Source of the DNA: Tubulanus polymorphus
Taxonomy: Eukaryota; Animalia; Nemertea
Assembly (NCBI RefSeq): GCF_964204645.1
Contig: NC_134030.1
Location: 2,460,778 to 2,524,777, forward strand
DNA: 64,000 nt
Direction of reading: 5' to 3'
In this document: positions 39,344 to 51,561 of the stretch, piece after piece
Position numbering within the stretch: the stretch's first letter is position 1
Layout of the letters: every line of letters begins with the position of its first letter
The notes under the pieces: model-generated
The model's database searches: none
What the model saw: only the letters and a program-made list of their open reading frames with translations
Told to the model about the DNA's origin: nothing
Translations under genes and position numbers: made by a program

Positions 39344-42300
39344 ATCAATTCCAAACAAATTGGATATAGGTGGAAATAAAAAAATTGGGAAACTTATTTT
39401 TAACTTTAAGCTTTTTAACTTAGGAAGATAAGATATGATTATGAATTTTTAGGGCCTTGCAAATAATAGAACTATTATCAAGGGCGCTCTCCAGAAACAG
39501 GGGAAGACTTGAACAGAACTGAGCTGTCCATCTGAGCGTTCTACACAATAGAAACAATAGAAAAAAGACGACTGTCCGACATCGCGTGGATTCATCAGGT
39601 TCGAATCCCAAGAAACAGAGCGCGCGCGTCAGTGATAAAAATGCCATATCATCCCGATAGACGACGCTGTGAGATTTGCGCCGACGGTATGATGACGTAT
39701 CAGGCAGCGAGTCATATCATTGGTCGATGTCAGAGCCCGTTATATCATTAGCATTTCAGGAAACAGTTCTTCCAGGATTTCATTTCTAAAAGCATGAAAA
39801 GAAGTAATACTTAAGATAATTAGTTATTGAATACAGATAGATGTTGAAAAATCGAGATTCAGAAAGGATTAATTAGAAACGTTTATCATTCGTCGGATAA
39901 ATACATAAAAAGGTAGGATATCGATTTCTGTTCACAGCCCAATAACTCGCTCCACGTCCAAACTATCATTTCATACCTGGAAATACTATTTGTTTTGAGT
40001 ATGATTAGTAATCGATTAACCAGAATATTGCGATCAAGATTGTTAAAGTTAGATTTTCAAGTTTCACTAAGAATATTCGGAACATTGACTCTTTAATAAG
40101 GGCAATTTATATTAAACTAAATATTGAAACTTAATTCTAATTTACCCAACCAAATACAATGCCTATTTTGGTAATCTACTATTTTAGGTGATTCGAATCC
40201 TTTTTCTCCCACGCCCAAGACCCCTAAAAGTGCTTGATATTGACATGAAGATTGCGTTTCTAATGTCACTACTGTTTTGTGCACCTTATCAACATAAAAT
40301 ATGTCAACGCCCAAGACGGTTACTGGGGAAAATATCGAATTCTATCTAAAATACAAATAAACAATTATCAAAATAGAATAAACATGAAACTAAAAATCTA
40401 GTATCTTAAATCATTTCTTATATTCTCAAAGAAATTATGAAATACGAAACGTAGAGTGTTTGGTGACAACGGGTGGGTGTGTGTAGTTCTATAACAGTTG
40501 AAATGGAGGCGAACAAAATGGCGGCTGTCCTCGGTATATGTATATGTATGTGTACTGTCTAGTTTACCGATCCTGAATCCGTTACTTTTTACAAATCGAT
40601 GAAAATCTAATCATTCTCGGGAACCAATACAAATTCGCGAATTTGCGTTGGCGAAATTGTCTTTGTTAGAAAATTCAGTTTGTTTGAATAAGAAAGTATA
40701 CTGAAATTGCCTATGGGTGTTATCGCGCTGGTTGTATGTGGAAACATACGGCAAAATGAGGGCATAATGATTGCAGTTTCGTGTGTAATTTTCTCGGCAA
40801 TTTTCCTCAATTATCAGCGATGAAAATGAAATCGTTATCCATTCAACAATTCGCGACTAACTTCACGCGGTGTCCAGAACTATGATATATACTGCAGGGT
40901 AATATCGATTTGTTCGCATAAATTATTCAAATATTTCGAATTTGTGCATCTGAAAATTTGCCATATAACATAAAACGGTGTCCGGTTGTAGTTGGTGTGA
41001 GAATGGACAACACCGAATGTTTAATAAGTAAATACTGTAACAGGCTGCAAATGTACTACTCATCATAAAGGCTAGTTCTAAATAGAAATCAGTTTTACTT
41101 TCATTCAGTGCGTTTGAAATAATCGTCTTTCAGTAACAAAATCCAAATTCAGTTAATACGTTAATCCAAAATCCAAAAACTTCAATAAAAAAACTCCATA
41201 AAATACTCCATAGATCGCTATATCCTTCATTTTGTAAGGCAAGCCACATCTTCAAACAATTCAAATAGTTTGTTTATTATGTATTTTCTACGTCTGTGCC
41301 CATTTACGGAGTAATAAACTAAACCGAAAACTAAACTGAAACTAATCTTCTCTATGCGGAAACGATGTATGTGTCGTTGAAAAAATAAGGTCTACAAAAC
41401 TAATTTAACCTAAAGAATCAGATTTAGATCACAATATCCGTGATAAAACTAATTGATAGCTAAAACGTTTATCCAAAAAAAATGGCCGAAGAAGGGTGAT
41501 AGTAACCACCCGAATTAATTTTTGTAGATAAACTTTTAAGCTATTGATTGTGGGATTCGAATTTAAGGTTTAGAGAGATTACGGGTAGAGCCTTCGTTCT
41601 AGTTGGTTACAAATCAATAGGACACTTAATCGTATCTAAGATGGTTTAATGCGTTTTTGACATATCTGACATTTCTAAAGATTTGCGATGATAATGGGGA
41701 CAATGCAGAACAGAAAAGGACGAAAAATTCTACGGTAAAAATGCGATTAGCAAAACGATTCGCTATGTATTTCACAGTAATTCTGATGCTGTGTGACGTT
41801 AGTTTCTGGTCGAGTACCTGGCGCTGCGCCTGACAGTAATAAAATCACTCTCATTCGCAAACATGATCACGTCATTAATTAAATGTTTGCCTTCGTTTCG
41901 AATCGGCCGCGGAGCGATTGTCATCTGACTCATTCTTACCTTCGAGCGACCGTGGAGTAATAATCATCTGTCAAATGATCGGGAAACTGAATTCACAGAG
42001 GCAAACTCGCCGCTCCAAATATCCATTGTCAGGTTTCAGGTTTTAATTCAGATTAGAAAAAGAAACATTCATATTTTACGGTTTATAATCATTAGACCTA
42101 GAATTGATTTTCAAATATTCTATAATCTTTGGAATGAACTGAAACCGCGGTTGTAGACATTGAGCAGATTCTGGAATATCACGATATCTTCGCGAAAACG
42201 AAACATAAATACTTAAGAATGGACTGAGATAATTTGATTGAATTGAGAATTGAATAAAGGGAACTACGCAAATATTTCTATATTTTGAGTTAGTTTATTT

Positions 42301-43555
42301 CAGTACAAGTTGACTGAAAATAAGCTATTCCAAAATCCCATCGAATCTCCATTAAATATCGAAACTGTGGGATTCTTGCTTCCTTTTCTGAGCGGCATTT
42401 TTGACGTCATACAATTGCAAAAATAACCCACGGATCTGTAGTGATAATGCACGTGAACTCATTAGGCAAATATCTCACTAATCACATCTGTAAATAGGCT
42501 TAACTTTTATTGATGGACGAGTTTGACTTGATGACGTATTGTCTCCTGACCATCGATACCTTCTGAACGGAGTCGTTGACATGGAAACCCCGGCGTCGTC
42601 TGACAGATTACAGCGCGACCGAGCGAGCGAGACCCAGTGACTGGTCGGAACTCTGAGTAAACGAGCCCCAGGGATCAATTCAAGTGCAGCCGTAAAACGG
42701 AAACTAGAAATCTCATTAGTAAGATATCTCGTAGTGACAGGCGACAAGGGACTCGGTGACAAACGATACTTGATTGATTTATATCGTGTGCCGCAGTATT
42801 AATGAGATGGCATTTTGTGTGTCAAATACAATACTACTGCTCTGAAATCCTTCCAGAAGTTAATAGATTGATCTGTCCATTCCATAGATCCTGTTATACC
42901 TTCAGCGTCTCGATAAAAGTTAATATATGATACTTGTAGTATCGACATTGACTGCGCATTAGAAGAATCGTAATATTGAAATTCAGTGCACGAGAATGAT
43001 ACGTATAGACTATTATTTCGCCCCCCTCGGGTAATGTAATGGAAGTAACACCTTTCTTATCCATATTTTGAAAGAAAGCTCTAAAAACTCGAGAAAACTA
43101 CATGATCTAAACATGTGAAACCCTAGATTCGACGATTATCTTTTATAAAAGATGAAATAACATATTGAAATCGGCTGAGTCTGTGCAAGTTCGAGTTGAA
43201 CTACGCCTTGTTTAAAAACTATATGCATTGTTTTAGGGCTGATTGACTTGAGAAAAAAACATTTACAATAAAATATGAATCTGAAATCATGGAACGATTC
43301 CGTAATGAGAATAAATGAGACACTATTCGGGAATCGATGTGGTTTGTTGTGCCGAAGCTCAGCTCCTCGGCGTAAATTGGAAAAATCGCCAAGTAGAAAT
43401 CGATCCCGGCGATAAGAGACTCTTAACAGCTGTTAGTAATCGCGGCGAAATATTAAATGGTTCATCACGCCTCACTTGCCAGCCACTGGAACGAGATGAA
43501 TTGATAACAATTGTATATGCACTAATGTAAAATCCCATAAATAAAGTGTCCGAAA

Positions 43556-43745
43556 GTTTCAGTGAGCTAGTGTAGTTTATTCGACGTTTCAGTGAGCTAG
43601 TGTAGTTTATTCTACGTTTCAGTGAGCTAGTGTAGTTTATTCGACGTTTCAGTGAGCTAGTGTAGTTTATTCGACGTTTCAGTGAGCTAGTGTAGTTTAT
43701 TCGACGTTTCAGTGAGCTAGTGTAGTTTATTCGACGTTTCGACCA
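43556..43745. repeat. 30-bp tandem repeat x6 derived from a Penelope-like terminus
   Basis: Unit GTTTCAGTGAGCTAGTGTAGTTTATTCGAC; the reverse strand reads GAAACGTCGAATAAA, the 3' end of a Penelope-type hammerhead plus a polyA-like signal. Confidence 0.85.
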
Positions 43746-46700
43746 TTACGATATAGCTGTTAGCTCGGGAGAAATTCTGGACTCTTTTCAATCGTATCGT
43801 GCTGTCTAATATCATCGTTTCAATGATGGCGTCTCATCAATGGTTATGACATGCATTTAGATGACTTCCGATGATTTTCTACAGTCGTAATTTCTATTCT
43901 TTCAAATGATCAGTAAAATGAGACGTATGAGTCAGCGAAAAAATACTCATAGCAGAAAATCCTGACAAGTGAATATTACGTCTCGAAGTTGTGGTATTTC
44001 TTTGGGCTGTAAAAGAAAGCGTTTTCCTGATATTACTTCAATTACAAATATTTTGATTAGCGTGGAAACTAAAAACCGTCTATTGTGTAATAAATAAATC
44101 ACTTAATTTCCTTTTAGATTTAACATTTAACGCTTTGACTGTACGCGGAAATAACCAACTGATTTATGGAGCATTAAGTTTCATATCAACATTTTTATTG
44201 AATCTATACATATTAATGCATAATATCAATGTTAGCGATTTTCTATCCAGATGTAATAGTTTGTATATAATACACGATGTTGAATGGCCCAGGTTTCACA
44301 CACTTTTTCAAAAACTGTATAAAGTAATATGGGAAATTTAACTAAAGCTTTTATTACGAAATGTCACAGCATAATGGTGGTAAACAAATGCTGAAATAAA
44401 GATAAAGATTTCTAGGACCCGGATCCACAGTCGAGGGGACTAAAATAAGACCAGACACACAAGCTTATACTTCTATTCTGTGAAATTCTTTATAAATCAA
44501 GATCCATTTTGACAAGATTCAAACACATTTTCGTACTGAATTGTACGTTTCAGCTAAAAACTAATTAACCAGTGTTTTTATTGTGGGTTTTGACATTCTT
44601 GATTATATCTATTTGAACAGCAATTAACTTGTTCTCTGAGAACTGAACTGTTATCAGATGAAACTCGTGTTTGTAACGACTCTAGTTGAGCTGAGAACAA
44701 CAAGAGGTGTTGTCTGTTTAGCAATAAACACCATCTGAACGGGTAAAACAATACATTTCACTACCACTGGTGTTTAACAGGACAGTTCTAATTAGAGTCG
44801 GTGCTAATTAGCTTCGATTAGCTCATTAATTAATTGAACAGTGAAGTATTTGTGACATTGGGTATAAAAACTAAGGCAAAATCCAATTATGTGTTGTATA
44901 TTTAGCAATAAAATAGTAATATTTCGCTGCCAATGGTGTTAAACACGACAGTTCAAACTAAAATCAGTGATAATTATCTTCAATTAGTTCGTTATTCAAT
45001 CGAACATTGTAGTAATCGGGATATTGGGTATAAAAACCAAGGTTCTAGGAGTCTGGATCATTCTCTCACGATCGCGGACGGAAACTGTTTCTCGAGAACA
45101 ACAGATAAAAACAGTAGATATCGACATCACACAAAAAAACAGCAACGTTCAAGATGAATAAAGATTTGAACATGAATCTCACGACGGCAAATCGTAAGTT
45201 ATTGCGTTATCGGAACATAGAACATTGAGAATTAGGATGATTTAGGAATACGTATTAACGTTAATCAGACGAAGATCTCAGGTAGAGAGTTCAAGTATCC
45301 GAATAACCATAAAAGCGATTACAATAAGAGCCTCATTTTCTAACAGTTTATTACATTTCGTGTTAATAAACTGCTTTTCCTCATTAGAAAATTAGGTTTT
45401 TATTGTTATCACTTTTCTGGTTATTCGAATTATCAGAAGAAAACTATTTTATTTAAATATCGTTCAATCACTTAAGTTACGACAGTAAGAATATTTCATT
45501 TCGTGTTCATTTCATCGTCTTTATTTCTGAATGAATTACAATTAAACATTACGAGAATAAATAAACTAGGAGAGTGTTACATTATTTATCATTACATGTA
45601 ATATATAATTCTAATACAACAACAAGGATACCTAGGGACTAGACATTCGTTCGATGAAATCCTCTCTAAAGAATTTTCAGAGTTTCTATTCAGTTAAATT
45701 CTTATACAAAATCTAACGCCTCCTTGCGATTATTTAGATTGTTTGCTAAAAACCATCCCACAGTTATTTAGGGGCAAATAACTGTCACATCAACATGAAA
45801 CACCCCACCCAATAACCGTGATGTATCCTCCAAAAAACTAACAACCAATTGATAAAGTTATCTAGATACTTTAAATCTTAATGTTGGAGAATTGAAATAA
45901 CTCTGGTACATAAAGATGTAAACTGCCAGCGCAGCAGTAGCAGCAGCAGCAACGGGAGAGTGGAGAGTTCTCGTCAGTGATGAGAACTTGTTTGCTGATA
46001 ATCAGGTATGAATAAATATACAGGTGCAGTAAAGATCGGCACCTGCATCCCGTCTGAAACCGCGATATCTTCATTTCTCTTCAACCTAGCTGATCTCTCG
46101 TTTAACTCTCTCCGATCTTACAAAACTCTATCATTCAGGATTTACTGAACTACAGATATTAAGATACATTCATTCGCAATATTAGCAGCTTGCGCAACAT
46201 TGATAAGAACGTTTTGTACTAAAAGCTAAAAGGATTGCGGAGTCTTTTTAAAACAGTTTGTCATCTGCAGTTGGTGCAGTGAATAAGATTTTCACTAGAA
46301 CTTTTAAGCATTTTGAAAATAGAAAGGTTATTGATTATCAGAGGAACCTCGCTATAACTACCTGAGATTGGGCGATCTAACAGTCATAATAAGACTAGAA
46401 TTACATCCCAAATTGAAAAGAGATTTTCTGGTGCCCTGATGTTCGTTGAGGCGAGGTTTCACTTTAAACTGTATTGTAATTGTCATATTGATAGTACACG
46501 CGCTGGTACTGACTGACTAGTTGTAATGGATAGGCTGCACACATGGCGTGTGCGCAGATTTCCACCACGTTATTGCGAAAAGCGAAAGTTGATCAGTTGA
46601 CTATTTTAGGTGTCAGATTTATCAACACTAGAGATACGAACTGTAGTACGTGGTGTCAGGTTGTCAGGTTGCGTGCACCAGCTGACAGAATCACATAATA

Positions 46701-47637
46701 CATGCCTCTGATTCTATATCCAAACTTTTAAATGTGACGAGCGCATTTTTACTTTCAGTATATGATGATTTAGTATATGTTTATAGATAAATCACAATGA
46801 TCTGATTTATTCTACGAAAAATTGCGGCAATGCCTCTAGCCATGCTAGACGTAGGTTATTTGAAAACACGATATTTTCATCGTAACCAATCGCTCTAAAA
46901 TAGGTTAAAAAGGCAGCACGTGCTAAAAGTAAATGTGAACATTCTAAAAAGTCACCCACGTGATAATTGACAATTGAAACTGGTAAGAGTTAACTATTAG
47001 TTTACTGACATTGTTAGACAGTCGGAACTGTTCAGGAAAATTCGTCATGGTGCATGGGATAAATAATATAGGGACATTTGAAATTGTATGAACGGTAGAC
47101 TTTCGAAACGGTTTAGAAGAATGGCTTATAGACTTTTAGGCCTTAATCTTAGAATTTTCAGATTTTTAAGCGTTGCCCTAATTTTTAGATTTTTAAGCGT
47201 TGCCCTAAAATCGCTACAGGAACATCTGATATACAGGGATATTTTCACAGGACTCTCAGTTCAACAGTTCTCGATCGTAGGAGCAGTTGATTTTCAATGT
47301 TCGAATCCGTGAGTGAAATATCAACCGAGAACTGTAGACGATACACGAATAGCTGCCACATACACAGATGTTTTAAACCCCAGATGTTTCAGATACATTG
47401 TGCCGATTGTTATAACACTGAAATCTCCCAAAGCGTAGAACGACGTATGACTAATATTAAATAATAGGACTAATTAACAATATAAAACATATGCCGGCAA
47501 AATCGGTTTTCATAATTGGATTGATGTATGATTCTACAGCTCGAGTCATCAGTAAATACTGCAGCGATATATCATTCAATTATATTGCTATAAGGGAAGT
47601 AAAACATAATGCGGGTTAAGGGAAGTAAAACATAATG

Positions 47638-47872
47638 CGGATAATAAGATAAAATCCCACTATTTACAGATTAAAAGAATTTAAAAACCAGAATTTATTT
47701 ATTTATTTTAGGTGTCACCTGACGATGATCTCTAGGGTGAGATCGAAACGTCGTGGCTTTTAAATATTTTAGATTTAATAAATAAATTCTGGTTTTTAAA
47801 TTCTTTTAATCTGTAAATAGTGGGATTTTATCTTATTATCCGTTCACCACGTTTGAGTGTGGTCATCGTTCT
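47638..47872 (+). mobile_element. Penelope-like element remnant with 66-bp inverted pLTR arms (47638-47703 / 47777-47842)
   Basis: 66-bp inverted repeat around a hammerhead motif; ATAATGCGG is duplicated on both sides of the insertion. Confidence 0.75.
47714..47757 (+). ncRNA. Minimal (Penelope-type) hammerhead ribozyme
   Basis: Stem I GTCAC/GTGGC, core CTGACGA-T, stem II GATCTC-TAGGGT-GAGATC, GAAA, minimal palindromic stem III (ACGT), cleavage triplet GTC ending at 47752. Confidence 0.75.
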
Positions 47873-48316
47873 ATAATGCGGGTTGTTCGTCGAGGATACG
47901 TTGAATAGAACGGGGCCGCTGCCACACTTATAGTAGGGTAACATTCGGGTCTAAAGTCATATCATTGGAAATAAACTAATTTAGAATCTAAAGCGAACAA
48001 TGGAAACCCGGTGAAATTAATTTTGAAAATTAATTTTTTTAAGTTGTTACTTCGCGTAGTGCGCCTCGATTGTTTGTCGAAGGGCGGCCATGCGCCATGA
48101 CCAGGTACTCATGCGCCATCTAGTGGAACGCGATTATATTCGCTAGGGCATTTCGAGTCGAAGGACTCGCGCTGGATAGATTTTAATCAAATTTGAGAAG
48201 AAAACCGGGCGTTGTTGTCCGAATGCACACTAGCGATACCTGGTGGATCATCACTTGCCACAGTCGAATGTTAAGAGTCCTAAGTGTTTTTAATTTTGTA
48301 TTTTACAGAGAGAAAG

Positions 48317-49099
48317 ATGCCGATCGGAAACAACATCGTCGATATCGAGGAGTTGATGAAGAACTGGGCGAAAAAATGGTTCGACAAGAACGAGCGCCAC
48401 CAGGTGGAGAAAAAATACGGCAAAATACCCTTCGATAAAATGAACATCGCGATCAATCAATCGAAATTCAGTATCGAGCACGAAACGCCGCTGTACGAAA
48501 AAGAGACGGCGTTAGGGTCGTTCGCGCCACGTACGCACGTTCTCTTTAAATCAACATTCTCGAATACGACCTCTCAAGCGCAGACGTTCAATATGCATAC
48601 GGAACGACGTACGATTTCCAGCGTTAACGTTAACGTTACGGAAGGATTTTGTTTCGGGCAAGAGTTCAGTTTGACGGTCGGTCTTCCGCAGATCGACGCC
48701 GTCGAGGCGAGTATCGGACTCTACCGCGAGGTGAATTTCGAGAAAAGCGCCAACGTCAATAAGGAACAGGAAGTGACGTGGGCGGTCGACTCTCAGATCG
48801 TCGTACCCGCACAGACGACCTCTGTAGCCGAACTGGCGATCAAAGAAGACGAATACAACAGCAAGTTCAACGTGAAGAGCTTCTTCCGCGGCAAATTCTA
48901 CGTGGACTTTATCAAGGATAATGTCGAATTGGCTCGCGCTGTCGGGAGTAATTTGAAAGAGATTTTTACCAGCGATGACGGGTTCAAGGTCGATACTGAA
49001 ACGGGGGATGTTTATTTCGAAACGCACGGTGTTTGCACGTGTAGATTCGGAATCGATCAAGAAGTGAAAATAACCGAAACGAAGAATAAAGTCGATTGA
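48317..49099 (+). CDS. Aerolysin/ETX-MTX2-family (LIN-24-like) beta-pore-forming protein, 260 aa, single coding exon, no signal peptide
   Basis: VLFKSTFSNTTSQAQTFNMHTERRTISS...VTEGF, an amphipathic hairpin region, and TWAVDSQIVVPAQTTSVAELAIKE are typical of the family. Acceptor TTTTACAG ends at 48308, just before ATG 48317. Confidence 0.85.
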   Translation: MPIGNNIVDIEELMKNWAKKWFDKNERHQVEKKYGKIPFDKMNIAINQSKFSIEHETPLYEKETALGSFAPRTHVLFKSTFSNTTSQAQTFNMHTERRTISSVNVNVTEGFCFGQEFSLTVGLPQIDAVEASIGLYREVNFEKSANVNKEQEVTWAVDSQIVVPAQTTSVAELAIKEDEYNSKFNVKSFFRGKFYVDFIKDNVELARAVGSNLKEIFTSDDGFKVDTETGDVYFETHGVCTCRFGIDQEVKITETKNKVD

Positions 49100-49963
49100 A
49101 GATAAAACGGACTAAAATAGAAAAAATCGACTTGATTTTATTGTGATAATTCAATGTTCATCGTTTATAAACCATAGCATATATATTTTATTGCAAATTA
49201 ATCTTTTTGGAACTAAGATAAATGACGACTGTAAAACATATCGTGATGAAAGAATCTTCATTTGAGATTCTTGTGAGAACAAATATCAAAATCAAAAGTT
49301 TCTCGATTTCATTCTAATAAGAGTTTATGAATTGTTGATTGCTTAAAAGATACATATATTATTCAGAATATACTTTAGCGAAACGATGTTAAACATGAAA
49401 TGAAAGATAACGATATACAAACAAGACTGAAAATATATGACAAATACTCTATATACAGATTCAAGATTACTTTTAGTTCTTATTGTTAGTTGTCTCTCAT
49501 CCTGTTTGGATATTACAAGTTGCACATTCGTGGCTGAAAATGAGCTTTAAATTGGTCGCAATTTGTACGATTGGCCATGGAACCAAAACTAGGTTAAAAC
49601 TGGCCTAGAATCCCAAGTCATCAGTCATTATCGGGCCAATTACACAGTTGTGACAAGACTAGTCCTAAGTTGTTATGTTCGCTATAGAAGTAAGATGGTC
49701 TGCAATTGGTCTTACATCCAAGTCATGTCTGTGCAAATGGACCAAGGCCTCGTGCAGTACTATTCCACAGCTGTGTAGATTTATAATAGGAAAATGAGCA
49801 ATTTTCGTTCCGTAGTCGCAGTTGCCGAACAAAAAAAACTAGAAGATAGTAGCGGTGATAGAACAATTTATTCTAATTTCCTCCAATATTTATTTCGATC
49901 AAAGATGTTTATATAATACAGTTTAATGCACAGCAACAGAAACAAAGTAAGGAATCTGTAAAA

Positions 49964-51043
49964 ATGCAGTCCAATAATGTAAGCGACACATTTACCACAA
50001 TAACAAGGCAGCCTTCTCTAAGCTGGTGTCAGGGTGTCAGGAAGAGATACCCAATCCGCTGGAACTATAGATTCAGTGTATTCATGTACCTGGGTTTATA
50101 TTTACCGGCTTCGATTATAGGTATAATGCTCAATATTTTCACGATATTCGTTCTCAGAAAATTGAAAGGCGAATCTTATTTTCTCGTCAAACTTCTCGCG
50201 TTCAACGATCTTTTGTTTATGATGGCGGCTTTCGTTCTGTATCCGCTGAGAACTGCCTATATTTACACCGTGTTAGGGGATATTTTGTTCAGAATCGATG
50301 ACTGGCATTTTGGCGCTGTTTTCATCACGGTAGCCATGCCGTTTTTCTTTATATTTCAAATGACACGTAACTGGTGCACAGTTATTCTAAGTCTGGAAAG
50401 GTTGATCGTAGTTCTATTTCCAATAGCTTCACGTAAAATACCGAAAAAACTGTTGTCAACAGTTGCCTTCTCTGTAGTTTCACTTCTTGCATTTTGTGGA
50501 TTTTTCATTCACTTTATTCCTATAAAGATTATTGGTAAACTGGGCTGCCCGGATACATGGCCTTACATCACAATGCTCAAGACTTGGGTGTCGTATTTGC
50601 CATGGCAAATCCAACAAATATGGCGTTATATATTTGCCGACATTTACCTGTACATGTATGGAACCGTTCTAATCCCTATTTGTAGCTTAGTTCTCATTAA
50701 TTCAATCCTCATTTCTTCGGTGTTAATTCGTAAAATCACCCGACGTTCAGATTTTTTTCAGACCGATCCCTCGTCGAACAAGGAACTGAAAGTTTTAAAA
50801 ATGGTTCTTACAGTTGTAGCAGTGTACATCATCTGCGAGGGTTTCGGTTTCGTCGATCGTATGTCGTATAAACGTTTCTTCAAAATCTACATCGACCCTC
50901 TGGTTCTGCGTAAAATTTCCCTGGCATTTTCTATCATCGATTCGTCGGTAAATTTTTTCATATATTGTTTGACTAACGACAAATTCAAGAAAGTAGCGAT
51001 GATAATCACGTTGAAAAATCGAAAATATTTCATTTCAAAATAA
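49964..51043 (+). CDS. Intronless class A GPCR, FMRFamide-receptor-like/Srw-type, copy 1 (359 aa)
   Basis: 7 TM segments; LNIFTIFVL (TM1), LAFNDLL (TM2), WCTVILSLERLIVVLFP (DRY variant), DSSVNFFIYCL (NPxxY variant). Confidence 0.92.
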   Translation: MQSNNVSDTFTTITRQPSLSWCQGVRKRYPIRWNYRFSVFMYLGLYLPASIIGIMLNIFTIFVLRKLKGESYFLVKLLAFNDLLFMMAAFVLYPLRTAYIYTVLGDILFRIDDWHFGAVFITVAMPFFFIFQMTRNWCTVILSLERLIVVLFPIASRKIPKKLLSTVAFSVVSLLAFCGFFIHFIPIKIIGKLGCPDTWPYITMLKTWVSYLPWQIQQIWRYIFADIYLYMYGTVLIPICSLVLINSILISSVLIRKITRRSDFFQTDPSSNKELKVLKMVLTVVAVYIICEGFGFVDRMSYKRFFKIYIDPLVLRKISLAFSIIDSSVNFFIYCLTNDKFKKVAMIITLKNRKYFISK

Positions 51044-51561
51044 TATACCGGTATCAGAACTCTGTGAGTTTCTCCGGGTCCCTAGCCCTGGGGTTGATGC
51101 TCGATATCGATGTTTCCCAGGAAGAGAGCGTAAATAGATTAGTTCATGGATTCGCTGTCAGGGGCAGCACATGACGGTCGATAATATCTTACACGGCGGC
51201 GCGACATTTCCTAATACCCCGATTTTAAAACAAAAACAAACCAATTAAATATTCATCTTGTTTGTTTTTTGTTTTATTATTTTCGTTTGATATGAGTTAA
51301 TTTATTTAATACAGATATATTATTATCATCGAATATATGTGGCAATTAATTTAAGTTAGCAAACATCTTCGCTTACTCGAATGAATTGTGACCAATGATT
51401 TAATTTGAGTTTCAAGATGGACATATGTTTTCAAATGCAATATGGTTTCAAGATTCGTGTTTCAAAAATGAGTAAAGTTCGATTTGAACGGGATCCTATT
51501 GAGCAGTATATTCTGGAATATGCCGTCCATATCAAATTCTCGATTAAAAATAACGTAAATG

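Noticed and set aside
16323-39354. Overlapping alternative-frame and antisense ORFs on MFS exons, and ORF-track N-termini of the MFS ORFs
   Set aside because: Shadows of the real exons or intron read-through; they recur only because the gene is duplicated.
40504-40540. Possible first exon (ATG...AAAATGGCGGC...G|GTATAT, YY1-like motif)
   Set aside because: No downstream in-frame exons could be found, and the motif also occurs in repeats elsewhere in the window.
48284-49099. Bacterial contaminant or recent horizontal transfer of the toxin gene (intronless, higher GC); also the ORF-track GTG start
   Set aside because: A spliceosomal acceptor precedes ATG 48317, flanks are continuous host-like DNA, and LIN-24-like genes are widespread in invertebrates.
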